NCBI GenBank assembly: GCA_965655095.1
Contig: OZ296652.1
Location: 88,598,001 to 88,662,000 of the forward strand
Source: Haplodiscus bocki
Taxonomy: Eukaryota
Direction of reading: 5' to 3'
Length of the DNA: 64,000 bases
Shown: piece by piece, positions 23,560 to 36,479 of the stretch
Layout of the letters: each line of letters starts with the position of its first letter
Numbering within the stretch: position 1 is the first letter of the stretch
Program-made: the position numbers and the translations under genes
Notes under the pieces: model-generated
Databases searched by the model: none
What the model was told of the DNA's origin: nothing
The model's input: only the letters and a program-made list of their open reading frames with translations

Positions 23560-25700
23560 CAATTCCTCCCCTTTTGTAAACGCCTCCAATTGACTGCATC
23601 AAAAAATTCAAATCATATGAAATACTTTTGTTGTCCACAACTTGTTTACATTTGCTCTGAAACTACTTGGCACTGTACATTACTGAAAAGCTAGTTCAAA
23701 AATTAGCAGTTTCAATTGTACGAAAAGTTTGTGGGAAAATATGAGTTTCGAGGCTCTTCCTCGAGTAGTGTCACTGGCAAATATTTCATGGCTTTACTCT
23801 AGATAACATGGCGGGAACAGGACAAAAATACATACCAAAGAAACTTCCTATATTCTGACTTAGAGTGTAATCTGGGTCAAAGCTCAAAAACGTGTTGGTT
23901 TTTGTTCGTGCAGAATGCGATTGCGCTTTGATTGGCAATCATCTCTTCCACAGACAGACATTTTGCAATGCTTTGAGCTACCCCTACTGCGGAGACAACC
24001 AAAGCATAGTTTGTGCATCGTTACCTGTGAAAACAGTTGCTCCTATGATTTACTTCTGGAATCGGGGCAAGACCAACTTTTGTGTAAGCGTTAGCACAAT
24101 TTTTACCTTTTTCTGGAACCAAATTGGTATTCTTCACGTTCGCACCGAACGGAGACTTTGATAAATTGGATTTTTTTCCAGTTTTAGCAGTGACAGAATT
24201 TCCTTCCTTAGCTGAAATTTGGTCATGGATAACTGCATGTATAAAAAGCCACTCTGACGTATGTACTACTAATGGCGTTCAATTTTTTATTTCAGTCCAT
24301 TTCTTCCAGGAGTTTGGTGCTTGATTTGCTAAAATCAATTTCACAGTGCAGTCAGTTTTCAAATCACATTCGTACTGGCAATGGAATGATTTAGTTTCGA
24401 AAATATCCGCATGGTACGCAAGTTTGACGATATCAGCAGAATCGATGAGGTTGTGTCGGCGGTTTTTATTGTACTAATTAGCATATACAAAACTATGTGT
24501 TTGTCCTAAGTGTTCATTCAAAATTTTTCAGACAAGTTTTCACAATGCACCATCGCAATCCAAACAGTTCACAGTTTGCTTCGTTTTGCCTTCTAACGAT
24601 GATTTTAGATGATACATCGTTTGGGAAAACGGAAATGCAGCATTATTAAGAGTAGCTTCAAATACTCTGCACCACTCAGGCCATTCAAATGGATTGCCAT
24701 CAAAGGTACTCAACTTTAATTTAGTAAAGAGTTTCCAATTTCTATCGGTGTTAAAAAGGCTATTAAATGCGGAATTTTTTTACCCCTAGAAAGTTGGTTT
24801 GCATGAATGTAACGGATAGAATCGTAAGTTCCACCAGATGCTGAAAGAATTGACTCACGAACTTTTTTCTGCCACAGTCATGACTAGAATTCATGCATGT
24901 TTTTTCTTCAGAGCTCTCGATAGCTACGAACTTGATAAGGGTATTTGGAGGACACTTGCCGTTTGTTTGTGCTAAGGTTCTCGTATCGTGGTTAATCTGA
25001 AACATTTTTTTATCAATCACTCGTTTGTCAATTGCTCAAAAACAAACAAGCCTTGTTCAGATCAGACTTCAGTTGTGCGATAAAGTGAATTTGCTGAAAA
25101 ATCTCGTTTCGACAATCTCCCTTACCGCTTGTCTCATGATGGAGTCGTTTTTTTAAAGATTCATTTTTTCTGTTCTACAGCAATGTCAACAAACTCCTAA
25201 TAGTGTTGTTGTGCTTCCTCTGAGTCCTCATCTATTTGCCGAAATTTTCAAAAAATTACTGGAACCGAAGAAAATCATGTTTTCTTGCCACTTAGTCGAT
25301 AGTTCTCGTTTTCCATCTCAGAATTGGTATAAGTTGATTGATTGCCTGCTAATGCATTCTTGTGTATGATCGTCTCTTGTTTTTAGATATGAGTGCAATT
25401 TTTTGTACTACCTGGGACTCACTCCCTCAGTTGCTGCTTCTTGGAGAAAATCGAATGCATGAAAATAACGTTCGTCAGTCACATAGAGAGCTCTTTGTCA
25501 TGGCTGAAGGGTAGTTTTCTTCTAATCGCCGAAGTAAACTCTTAAGACGGGTACAACATACACGGCGTTCGGAATCTGCAAGTACTTCTGCCTTCATGTG
25601 CAGATTTCGTCTGTGATGGTTATAAGCCTTTCTCGTTCCTTTTTTCGTTGTAGAGTTGATTTTCCCTTTGACGACCTAGATGGAAACGCAGCTTCTGATA
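23560..25700 (-). mobile_element. gag: BEL/Pao LTR-retrotransposon relic (gag only), degraded
   Basis: Minus-strand TKLKLSTFDGNPFEWPEWCRVFEATL...MYHLKSSLEGK (DUF1759-like, ~24590-24730) and Cys/His knuckles HKLCFGCLRSRGSSKHCKMSVCGRDDCQSKRNRILHE (~23905-24020); PPT-like AAAAGGGGAGGAA at 23563-23575. Outer limits approximate. Confidence 0.7.
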
Positions 25701-25844
25701 ATGTGAACGAGCAAGCAGGGACAGAAGTTGTTACATGCGAATGCACAATTTCTGAACGTGAATGCTGAATATTTTCCGAGAACGTCGTTGTAGAAGTTCC
25801 CTTAGAAAGTTTTTTTTAGGTGACGGTTTATGAAATTAGACCAT

Positions 25845-26146
25845 TTGATTCACATTTTACAGCCAATTCGCCACCTTCAGCGATTTAAAAAAAATTCAAT
25901 TTTTTTCGAAAAACCCATCTTTTTTCTGAAAAGCCCAAATTTTGAACGTTTTGAGAAGAAAATCCTACTATTTCAGTCGCACCCTACGGCAAATTTGCTA
26001 CAATTTGGTTTTAAAAAATTTCACGTTCAGTAAGGTGAACAAACGGCCGATGTGGCGTGAACGCAATTGGCAAACATCGTGTTAAAAAATGTTCTATTTG
26101 AGAGGAAGATTTTGCTTCATTTTATAAATAGTATGGCTCAAAGTAA
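25845..26146 (+). repeat. Dispersed repeat copy (longest copy in the window)
   Basis: Aligns by eye to 23245-23465 and to both halves of 22735-23160. Confidence 0.75.
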
Positions 26147-27607
26147 GATTCAGTGGAGGGGCTCAAAAATAACAATGCGCGTTCAATATATGCGCTTTGA
26201 TGAGACACAGAAAAATTTGTGGTCTGCCACATAGTTTTAATTCATCGGAGATAAGACCCTTCTACTGTTAAGTAACAATGGATAACGTTTTTCCATAGCT
26301 TTTCATCTGCCTATTGGACCTGGGCGCCTTTGTACTTGAACCAGGCCCTTGTAGGTTATGACCAGTCTTCAATGAGGGAATGAACTGAACCCTACAACTT
26401 GTCAAACCTACTTTCCAAATCCTTTGTCTTGGCGCTTACGTCATCAGTACTTCTCTGACAGCCTGTACGTTAGCTTGTAAGCCTTCTGTTGAATCGCGAG
26501 GTGACTTTCCTTCCAGGTTTTTCTAATCTTCGATACTAAGGTTGCCGCCTTAATGATCAGTCTTTTTTTCAACGAACGAAGTTCTTTTAAATAACTGGTG
26601 TACCGTTGGTTATTCTCTTTGCAGAGTCAAAAGAAAGCATAAATTGTTTCAAATCTTATTTTTGCAGCTGATGTTAAGCGATAGAGTCTTTCCAAGGTGT
26701 TGAACTCAAGTATAGCACTTGATGTGAAGCGACGTTAGTTTTAAAAGTGTGGATGCAGGTCAAAGGTTTTTAAGAACAAATCGAATATTTTTGCTACTTG
26801 GAAGATGTATTTTTTTCCACTTGTCTTTGCGCTAGATTTGCTAGTTGGAAAGTTGAATAGCGTGGTCGCGTGATCCAACAACTCAAGCATCTCACTGCCA
26901 GCTAGTTCGAGTGCTAATAACAGCTACGTGACACATCGTTCATCGCAAGATGGCTATCGCTAATGTGTTGCGCAAAGTTTTTACAGAAGAAATTCTCTGT
27001 TTAAAAACAACCGAAATTGTTTTATCTAATTCAGTCTGGCATTTTGGTTTCAACACTGACATTGTAATTGAAAAAACTAGCCAAGGTAGCTTCAGGTGCT
27101 GTCACGAGATCACTTTGTGATGGAAATGTTTATGTTATGCTGGTGTGTTAGCTGTTTTGTGACTGTGTAGTGTATCCATCGGTATCTAAGACCTGACGTG
27201 TAAATTAATTTCTCTTGTGAATTAGATATGAGATCAGTTGCCCCATGATGTCTTGTGAAGTCTCAAGACTTAAGTCTCCTGAGCTGATTACAAATGAGGG
27301 CTTCAAATATTAGGCCTTAAAATGCTAGTCAATCAAGCACTGATGAAATATCCTTGACAAATCATCAAGTGTACGAAATTGTGATTGCGCTTGTGTAGCA
27401 TATTAATTGAACGAGGTACCGCGTTTTTTTGCGTGTATTTGAATGCCAGACCGTCGACCTTTCGTGTAATGGATTGTGACCTAGCAAAATTCATTACTTC
27501 TGGTTTATCATTCAACTGTATGACTTCCGATGGCTTGCAACATTTATATCTTCGCTGGTAAAGTTGGTGAGTCCAGGACTTCACATGGAGTGTAATGACG
27601 CCTCAGT

Positions 27608-28936
27608 TAGGCTGACCAGGCGTCCCGCTCACACAGGGACCGTCCCGTTTTATAGCTTTTTGTCCCGCGTCCCGTTTACTGAGGCATTTGTCCCGCTCAA
27701 TATATACGGGTTTTTTTTCGTTATTCCCCCAGCCCTACTGAAAAAATTTTTATCCCTTTAGATGAGGATTAGCTAAGCAGTATGGTTCAAGTTTCAGATT
27801 AATAAAGTCATTGGAACTACCTGTTTCTTTACTATAACTAGCTTCAAAAAGCAGTTAAATTCTTGGAAGGTACTTGAGATTTGTAAATTGCATATTCACT
27901 GTTTAATGACTTGCAAAAGATGTATTCAATGAATACACTGCTGTGATAAACGAATGAAACATAAGGCTACGAAAAATAAACGGGACAGCTGAGAATCTGA
28001 AGATCTACCGAAATTAGAAGAAAGTTTCAGGAACAAAAGTTTCTAACATTTTTACAAACTGGAAAAATTTGTAGAAGAATTTAATTTTATAATTAAACTT
28101 CAACAGACTTTTCAACAGGTCTATAACTTAAACTTTTTTTCCGGTTTTCTTAGGAAAATCGAAATTTTTTTCTCGATTTTTTAAAAAGTTTTAGAAAGAA
28201 CCATTTGTTTCAGTTACGTCGGAAAAGGGGTAATTTTCGAGAAAAAAAACCCCATTTACCAAAAAATCCCCAAACTTTTCTCGAAAAACCCCAATTTTTG
28301 TTGTTAAAAAATAAAAACGTGTTAACGAATATCTAAAAAGACGTAAAAAATATGGTCAATGGCGGGATTCGAACCCAACACCTCCGGCTTCCGAACCGCG
28401 GTGACACCCGAAACTTGTTTTATACAAGACACCAACTCTGCACACTTGAATTCTGCGTGTCATGGTCAATTTCAGGAAAAGGAAAAAATGCCTATTACTG
28501 AATTGAATATTTTCCTTTCGAAAAAAATTTTCGCCGGAAAATAGTAGTAGAAATAAGGACTCACAACTTCACTCCTGTAGCAATCATTTTTCACAAATCT
28601 TGACATAATTAAACGTTTTAACCAATTTGGTAAAAAGTTTTATATTTTGAGCATAACATCCTTCAACTTTTGAAAGCCATAAAGTGCATTTTAACCAAGA
28701 AAAATCTGTCATTCTCAACGAAATCGTGGCCTTTTCACCGTGAAAAAAAAACGAAATTTTACATGAAGTAAACTACAAAATTTGAGGTTTTGATCACCCA
28801 AAATTATAAATGTTCCAGAATTGTATACTGGAGGTGTACCAGAGGCTTCAGACGAATCATCAATTTTAAATCTGACAATTTAGAATGAATCATTCATTTT
28901 GTCCCGTTTTGGTAGTTTTTGAATCTGGTCAGTCTA
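27608..28936. mobile_element. Non-autonomous hAT transposon
   Basis: TIRs TAGGCTGACCAG (27608-27619) and CTGGTCAGTCTA (28925-28936, 1 mismatch); perfect 8-bp TSD GCCTCAGT (27600-27607, 28937-28944); subterminal GTCCCG repeats. Confidence 0.9.
28353..28415 (-). other. tRNA-derived sequence (3' half with B box), SINE-head-like
   Basis: Minus strand ...CGCGGTTCGGAAGCCGGAGGTGTTGGGTTCGAATCCCGCCATTGACCA: canonical GGTTCGAATCCC, imperfect anticodon arm, no clear D arm. Confidence 0.55.
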
Positions 28937-29747
28937 GCCTCAGTCCTTTCAATGTCTAATCTATTGTTTAGTAAGTCATTATGTTTGTGCCTGTGTTTTT
29001 TGCCGCCTATTACCGATGTATATGAAAATATGGAATTTAATTGTTATCGCTTCTAGTTCCATATTTTTAAGTAATATAGCCTAGCAAGCCTACCAGTTTT
29101 CATGCTATGAATGGGGGAAAATACGCAATAGAATACAATGAATGGTTTTCAACTTTAAAAAGAGTTTTCCGTTGCTGCAGAAGGGGCTATATGAGTTTTA
29201 GTCGGCGCTTTAGGAATTACTAAAAAGCCCGACTATAGTAGGAGTTTTTGTTAGGATGACACACGTCTCTCTGTATACGACGTTTTTACTGAGCTTACCT
29301 ATTTTAATAACTTCGTGTATCTATACTCATTCTAACCCGAGAAATAATACATTACGTAAATTCATAAGAAGAACGCTCGAAAGGCCTGAGAGAAAGCATG
29401 GGTGAAATTTGAAAGACTTACGCAATTGCAGATAATTTTTCTGGTGAAATGTCAAAATTGTTTTTTTTAGATCCATTTGTAAGAATTTTGTGACCCCCTC
29501 GATTCGGCAAATTCTGTGATTTCCTTGTGAGAAGTATCGAAAGTTTCGCGATACCCCCCTATCATCGTTTTTTCCTTGAAACTGTTGCGTAAAATTTTCC
29601 GAAGAGCCGAAAGTTTTCAAACATCAAAAACTGAGGTACTATGAGTATTTTAGGCCTGCGGGAGGCACGGACTTGGCCGTTTTGAGCTTGTTTAGTGCTT
29701 AAAATTCAAAAATCTTCAGACTTTGAGGAAGTGGATTATCTCATTAA

Positions 29748-30693
29748 AGTTCCTTTCTGTTTCCGCGTTTGTTTCTACAACCAGGAAAGCAATATAACTG
29801 GCGTGCTTGAAAAAATAGCGGCACAGTCAATTGAGTTTAGTATCTTGTTTGATAACACCTATTCGAGCCTGCATGGAATTTTTAGCGGTTCCTGTAAGGT
29901 GCCTGATACTTTTTACAAATTTTCACATGATGCATGTAACTTTTCAAATGCTTGAAAAACTTACTGCTGCAGAATTTTTTCTACAACTTTTTCCATGCAA
30001 CATGCAAAATCTGATGCAGCAAACATTTTACTAACTTAATAAGAATTTTTCATGCAGCATGTGAATTTATGCAGGCACTATTCCAAATATTATGAGCAAT
30101 CAGAACTTTGTCATCGTGATAATTTATCCATTTCACGGATTTTCTATTGTGCCCCCTGAAAAGTTCCATATGCAACACTTAATTCTCATTAGGTAAAAAC
30201 AGGACGTTTTAGTGTAACCTATGAGCAATTTTTTGATGGAAAAACAATTTTTTTTGGAAAAATACTGGAATAAATTGTTGGAGGGTAAAAGCTAGTTTTA
30301 TCAAATTAGGCAATACATATCCTCCATATTTACAAACATTCTGCATCGTTTAGTCGATTTAGTCTGTCGGTTTCTGGAGAGGGCACAAACGGCTAGTACC
30401 ACTTTGCGTAGGTGGAGTAGTGCATAAGAAAGACTGGGAAGTCACTTTTTTAATGATTTGTTAATAATTTGCATGGAAAATTTCATAAAAAATTTTTTAT
30501 GTAGCATGAAAGTTTTGCAAAAATTTTCCATGTTTCATTGAAACTTTGTAACACTTCTCCATGCAAGATGTCTGGATTTGATATAATTCTTTCAAAAGTT
30601 TTAGCTGCATGCAACATGTAAAACTTGATTGCAAGGTCGACTAAGAACTCTGATTATGTTGACTACACTCAAATGAAAACAGTAAACGGAACT
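29748..30693. mobile_element. Non-autonomous TTAA-target DNA transposon (Kolobok-like termini)
   Basis: TTAA|AGTTCCTTTCTGTTT ... AAACAGTAAACGGAACT|TTAA (TTAA at 29744-29747 and 30694-30697); imperfect TIRs starting AG; internal CATGCAACATG-type repeats in both orientations. Confidence 0.65.
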
Positions 30694-31607
30694 TTAAGAG
30701 CAACGTGAAGTTAATGATTAGTTACCAACGTACCAATCCAGTTGAACAAGATGCCATTTATAAAGGCAAATAACTTAATTAAATCGTAGTAAGAGAACTG
30801 AAACTATCGGAGATGAACCCGGCCGAGGCACCATGTAGCCACAGGACGCGCTTCATTGAAATTCTATGATATAAAAAATTGAACCTTGTTACATATATCC
30901 CCCAGTTAATTTTATTCACTAGAAGAAAAGTTGAAATTCCCTTGCCATGTTTGTGAAAATCTTCAACATCATGATCAGATAATTGTCTAAATACTCATTT
31001 TGCGAAAAGCAGTTGGTTTAGTACATTAGAATCCTTTAGATAGCTGGAATGGAGTGAAAAAACTGGCAAATTCAAGTATTTGAATGCAATATTCATTCAT
31101 GTCAAATACAGCAGTTCGCTTACAATGCATGATATTTACGGTAAAGGTTACCATTGTTGACATATGTCGAAATAAAACAGCATTCTATGTGAATTTAGAC
31201 ATATTTTGTACGTTTTGTTGACGTTATTAGTTATGTCTTCCTAACGCGTTTTGGCGGAAAAGTAAATTAAACAAACGCGACTGTGAAGTTCAACCGGTGA
31301 AGAGTTTTTTCTTTTCCACAATTTTGTTCGGATGCGTGAACGGTTTTTGTAGTAAGTTTATTGTTTTTCGTTTTGAGATTGCTCTTGAGAAAAAGAATTA
31401 TACTTTTCAAAGAAATGAATAGAAAAAGTCATGCTTTAAAGTAAAATTTGCGAAGTAGCAATATCACTGAACGGCATTGAATGAAGAGAAAGTGTCAGCG
31501 GAAGGTTGAAAAAATAGAAAGTTACTGACTGGTGATTAGGGTTCGAGTTGTTTTTGGGTCTACTAGTTGAGAACAGGGTTGTGTCCCGGCACACCTGCCA
31601 CGCCTGC

Positions 31608-32130
31608 TGTGATAAATGTGCGCTCTCGGGTCATAATTAGGTCTTAATGTCGGAAAGTCGATATCCACGAGATTTTTTTCATCACAAGTCTCATCATTCC
31701 TGTCTTGATTTGTGCTTAAGTCTAATCGGCTAGAGGCCGACATGAGCGGAGTATCACCAGTGTTCCATAAAAAATCCCTTCGATCAGGGTTTTGGATTAC
31801 AGTTTTGAGTCCATGTCCTGTCGAACCTATGATTGATCTCACGGCCGTCTCAACTGATGGAATTATCACTTTATCCAACGCTGTCAAACTCCAAATGCGA
31901 TTTTCGACAGTCAAAACGTTGTCCGATTTTGTCTCAATATTATTTTTTTTGACTTTGTTGACTTGCACTGTCAACAAACCTCTCAAAATCGTAACGTTGA
32001 CAATTAGTCCGATGTTATAGAGTCTCGCTTTCCATTTCACTCATATTAGTGCTGTTACCAAAAACAAAATCTTTCAAAGTCTCATTCAAATGACATAGCT
32101 GCTTTTTCTGTTGATTCTTCTCTCACGTGT
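31608..32130 (-). mobile_element. 3' part of an LTR of a related Gypsy family, containing gag N-terminal coding sequence
   Basis: ORF 31522-32040 (VLTVENRIWSLTALDKVIIPSVETAVRSIIGSTGHG...QNPDRRDF...PTLRPNYDPRAHIYH) recalled as a Gypsy gag leader; the gag-like part ends ...TTTATCACA at 31608 with no TGG PBS after it. Other end and TSD not found. Confidence 0.5.
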
Positions 32131-33295
32131 AACAACCATTTTTACAGCTTTTTGAATAAAAACAAAGTTTCAAATTTCAACGTGCAACAAGCAATTATAC
32201 TGAAGTATCAAGGAAACGTTTAAAATTGAATGCAATAGTTTCAACTAACAAACTGTGTTTTAACAACTGAATAATTGAATTATCGTCTTGAAAATGTTTC
32301 CGGTTGATTTCTCTAAAAGTGTGATGATAGTGTGAACTGATCGGTGAGGAAGTTTTTCTCAGTGTCTCTTTCGTTTTCTTTTGTTCGAACCGGGTCGGGA
32401 CAATTTACTGTTTTCTTTTTATTCGTTATCCAAATGAAACTGTCCTTTTGGTGTCGTGGATTGTGCGATTGCGACTGAAACTGTAACATCAAAGTGAAAT
32501 TACCGGTTATTCGTGACATCACCTTTACGTAGTTCTAAAAAAACTTTCGAGATTCTAATTATAAGTCATCAGAGGATAAAATACCGCTTTTTCGCATGAC
32601 AGTCAAAATTATATATATTATCAAGTGCAATAGCAATGATGTATATAGATAACTGAATTTCATGTAAATTTACAAATACTGATAAAAGGAGAAGAATAAA
32701 TCATGTCATAATTTAATATATATAAAATCGTTATGACATAGCACTAAATGAACTCATGTATAGGCAGAAAATAGTCATGTCTAAAATAGAAAATTTGCCG
32801 TGTTTTTGACCTTAATCGTCAACTACTTTACTCTATTTCATAATTACACTACTGAAACACATCTAGTGAAATACTACTACAAAACGTGGTTATTTAATTT
32901 TTATGTAATTTCACGAGAATTTATTATTAACACTAATATGAACACTGTGAGTAAAAGTATTGGCGTCATCTTTCATGCTACCTCTCCTTAACGTCAATAT
33001 TTTGGCAAGTGACATAAATAGTACATAAGTACTGAGTAGTAGTGCAGCGGGGGGTGTAAAGGCTTGGTTGCAGGCAGCTACGTCAGAAGCACGTCAAAAT
33101 CACTTTTATTGACATGATGAATTGAAAGCGCTGACTTTGTGGTTAGTAGCTGATATATCTATGAATATGTCAGTCTATGTGTCTATATTTTTGTAAACTT
33201 TTACTAATATACCTTATTTTTAGTATTGGAATAAAAACAAAAAGTTTCCTTGGGTTCCTGGGTTGGGTACTACTTGTTTATTTGATATATGATGC

Positions 33296-34941
33296 TGTTA
33301 CAACCGGCAGCCTGCGACGCTTACGGTCAATCCTCACCAGCAGAAAAGACACCCCAAGAGTCGGCATAAACTCAGACTTTCACGTTCAACGAAACAAACT
33401 TTCATGTGCAACTTTATTGGTCACACACGTATACTGATACGTATCATATACGGATCACTTTACTGAAATGATCTAGATTAGAAGAGAACTGTTAGCAACA
33501 AACGAAGAATCGCCGAGCCTTTCCATTCAAAAGGCGCCATTTGTTTTGATCTATAGAATTTTCAATAGAAATCCACCTGAATGACTGACTGATTCGAACG
33601 ACTGGAAAAAGTGCTTGATAAATTTTAGTGCAGGTTGTTACTTGAGCTAACATAGCAGCGTGACTTAATGCAACGCGGATGATTCCAAGAGTGAATATTT
33701 GTTCCGTACCTGTTCCGTCGGTGTTAGTCTAGTCACGTCACAACCAATCCAACTACTCTGCTAATGCGCGGTGCTGTAATGAATACGGAGTGAATCCATA
33801 TTCACTCCTAACTTGAGAGCTGTTTGAATGACTTTGACTGATGCTACTAGTGCTCACGGAAAGTCTTCGGAGACTACTAGTGGCTGCTCGATTAAACGAG
33901 GAGTAGACTACTAGTGCTACCAGTTTCTCTTCATTTATGACAATGAAGGACTGACGCACTAATGAAAAACCTGTGAATGAGATGCTCTAAATGTTTTTTA
34001 CTTTCAACTTTCTTTTTAGATCTTGTTCATGCTGAAAACAGGCATTTTGTATTTCCTTCTGCTTTTATTTCTCTTGATTAAGGATTTGTTCAAAATTTTC
34101 CAAATAGGGACTATACATTATTTCGCATGTAAACAAAATATCGGAGCAGAAGTAAACACTTTCATGTCAATCTCTCAAGGATTGGATCCGTCCAATTTCC
34201 GTTGAAAAGTGGAAATGAATTGTCCTATGAGGAATGAGATGGATAGAATGCTGTTTATTTCCCGCCAGAGTCGGCATTTCCGGTCTGATTTTCCTTGATG
34301 TAAGCACTCTATCCTGTTTGTACGTTTACATGGCGTGTAAACAATTATATTTCACGGCAAGGAAAAAGTATTAAGAAATGAAATGAAAGTACAAGACGCC
34401 CAATAATAAATGCACTGATGCTGTAAGCATTTAACGTATTTGTCCAAGAATTGACTTTTGAATTTCCCGACTATTTCAAATTCTCAATGGTTAAATCAGT
34501 ATTGAAACTTTGCTGATTTTTTTTCCTTTTTCGAGATATGGCAACTCTGAAGAATTTGAACAAATTTAGCAGCCATCAACAGGGAGAATGGTGAAGACCA
34601 TCCTAGGAATATTCAGGCAAGAAACACAAATTCTATTAGAACCTAAGAAGATGATTTTACTCAAGTGTCAGTTGAAAATAGGGGCAGACTGACAAAGAAA
34701 TTGTCTCAGCGGTTGAGCAGGACGAAAGTTTGCATTTTGGTTGCCTTTTCTTGGCGAGATGATTTTTTTCAAAACCTACAAGCTCGAGACGACTCCGGAC
34801 CCGTTCCAGGGACATCTTGGACTTTAAGTAGAAGAAACCAGGAATTGAATGAGAACAGCTCCCAGAATCATCCTCAACCTGAAGTGGGAGTCTCTATGAG
34901 CCAATCTACTCGGGATTTAGGCACAGAGGAGACTTCTTGCA
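33296..34941 (+). repeat. 5' LTR (~1.65 kb)
   Basis: Starts TGTTAC, ends TTGCA directly before TGG; collinear with 44882-46374 (e.g. CCAGCAGAAAAGACACCCCAA, TTTGTTCCGTACCTGTTCCGT, CCTGAAGTGGGAGTCTCTA). Confidence 0.85.
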
Positions 34942-36122
34942 TGGTGACAAGTTTTCAAGAAGAAAAGCCTCCTGGCTCACCTGGGACTTCTCCAGAAAAA
35001 CAAAAAAAATTCGCTCCACAGGTCAGCCTCAACTCCGCAGTAAAAACACCTCAGCGTCATTTGAAGCAGACAGCAGACCAGACTTTGTAGGCACCTCAAC
35101 AGTTTGCGAGCGATAGCAACTCAGCCAACTACAACAACATCAGTCGACTTTTCAAGTTGCCAAAGTCACTCGTCACAACAATGCCCACTTTCAACGGTGA
35201 AGCGGAGAAGTTAGAGCTGTTTGAAGATCTCTTTCAAACAAGCACCAAGATTCACAATCAGCTGCCTGAAAATAACAACTAATTATTTCCACTTTCTCTT
35301 GGATGGGTATGCGTTGCAAGCATTCAAAAACATTAGCATTCCACCCCCAGAGAACTTGGGACAAAGTAGCAGTTTTTCACAGAATACGTCATGCCTCAGT
35401 CACTGGCGAGAGCAGAACAAAGTTTCAGAAACTCGTTTTCAAACCTTAACAAGAAAAGTTGGTAGATTTTCTCAATGAACTCCGAAAACTATCAAAAAAA
35501 CAAAACACGCATTCGGATTTGCTGCTCAAGCTCTCATCGAAAAATTCATATTTGCCGAAAAGCCGCCACACCTGAAAAAATCAATGAATTAGGCCCACTT
35601 GGAAAATGGTACCTAAGGACCGATTGTCACGCACTTGGAACGAGAGGTAGAGTTGAATGGCTTGGAAACTTCTGATAAGCTAAAAGTAAACACGGTGAGC
35701 CAGTATGCCACTAAAAAAGCCAAAAAACCCAAACCAACACGCCACTACTGTGATAAATTAGGACGTCGTAAACGTCAATGCTGTGAGCTGAAGAAACAGA
35801 AGGAACAAACTGCGGATACGAAAGACAAACCTAGAAACAACAACAGTGAACACACAAACTCTAACTCCAACAACAAAAATAACAACCGCAATAACAACAA
35901 AAAAGCCAGAAAACCTAGATTTCTCTAATTTCCCTGTGAGACATGGGGTAAAACGAACCACTCTACAAATGTCTACAAATGGTTGTTAGTATGGTGCTAA
36001 TGCAGCAAACAGACCACCTCTCTGGAACAGAACAGAAGAACGGCTGCTCAAAGCCAGGTGCAACACAATTACACCCAAAACACTGCAAAAACTTTGTCAA
36101 ATTGCAGCTCAACCTATAAACT
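34538..36122 (+). pseudogene. gag: Gypsy gag, degraded; ATG lies inside the 5' LTR
   Basis: MATLKN..KLAAINRE; VENRGRLTKKLSQRLSRTK; KLPKSLVTTMPTFNGEAEKLELFEDLFQT; LEREVELNGLE; decayed knuckle PTRHYCDKLGRRKRQC; Asn-rich tract. Confidence 0.8.
34942..34958 (+). promoter_or_regulatory. Primer binding site
   Basis: TGGTGACAAG immediately after the LTR-terminal CA; cognate tRNA not identified. Confidence 0.6.
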
Positions 36123-36479
36123 AGATATGCCACGTCTTCACTCGGGAGATGCGATTGGGAAACCTGAGATTATCAAAGAAACACTTCCAATAATCCCAGA
36201 GGGTGTCTGGCCGCAACCTCCGTAGTTGTCCGTGGAAACGTCAAAGTTAGTTAATACTCATAATGACCCGACCATTAACATTTCCCAAACTAATCAAACG
36301 CCTAAGCCCAACAAAAACTTGATGTGGAATCACAAATGTCGCCACCAGAGAGAACTTTTTCTCAAAAGTATGGTTTTACTATGGAACCGTTTCAGGAGAA
36401 TGACCAAGGAGTAAACCAGTACCGCCCTTCAACAAGTCCCAGAGCAGTCAATTGGAAATCCAAAAAACACAACGAATCA

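Noticed and set aside
28353-28415. Functional tRNA gene
   Set aside because: No D arm or acceptor-stem pairing and an irregular anticodon loop; kept only as tRNA-derived sequence.
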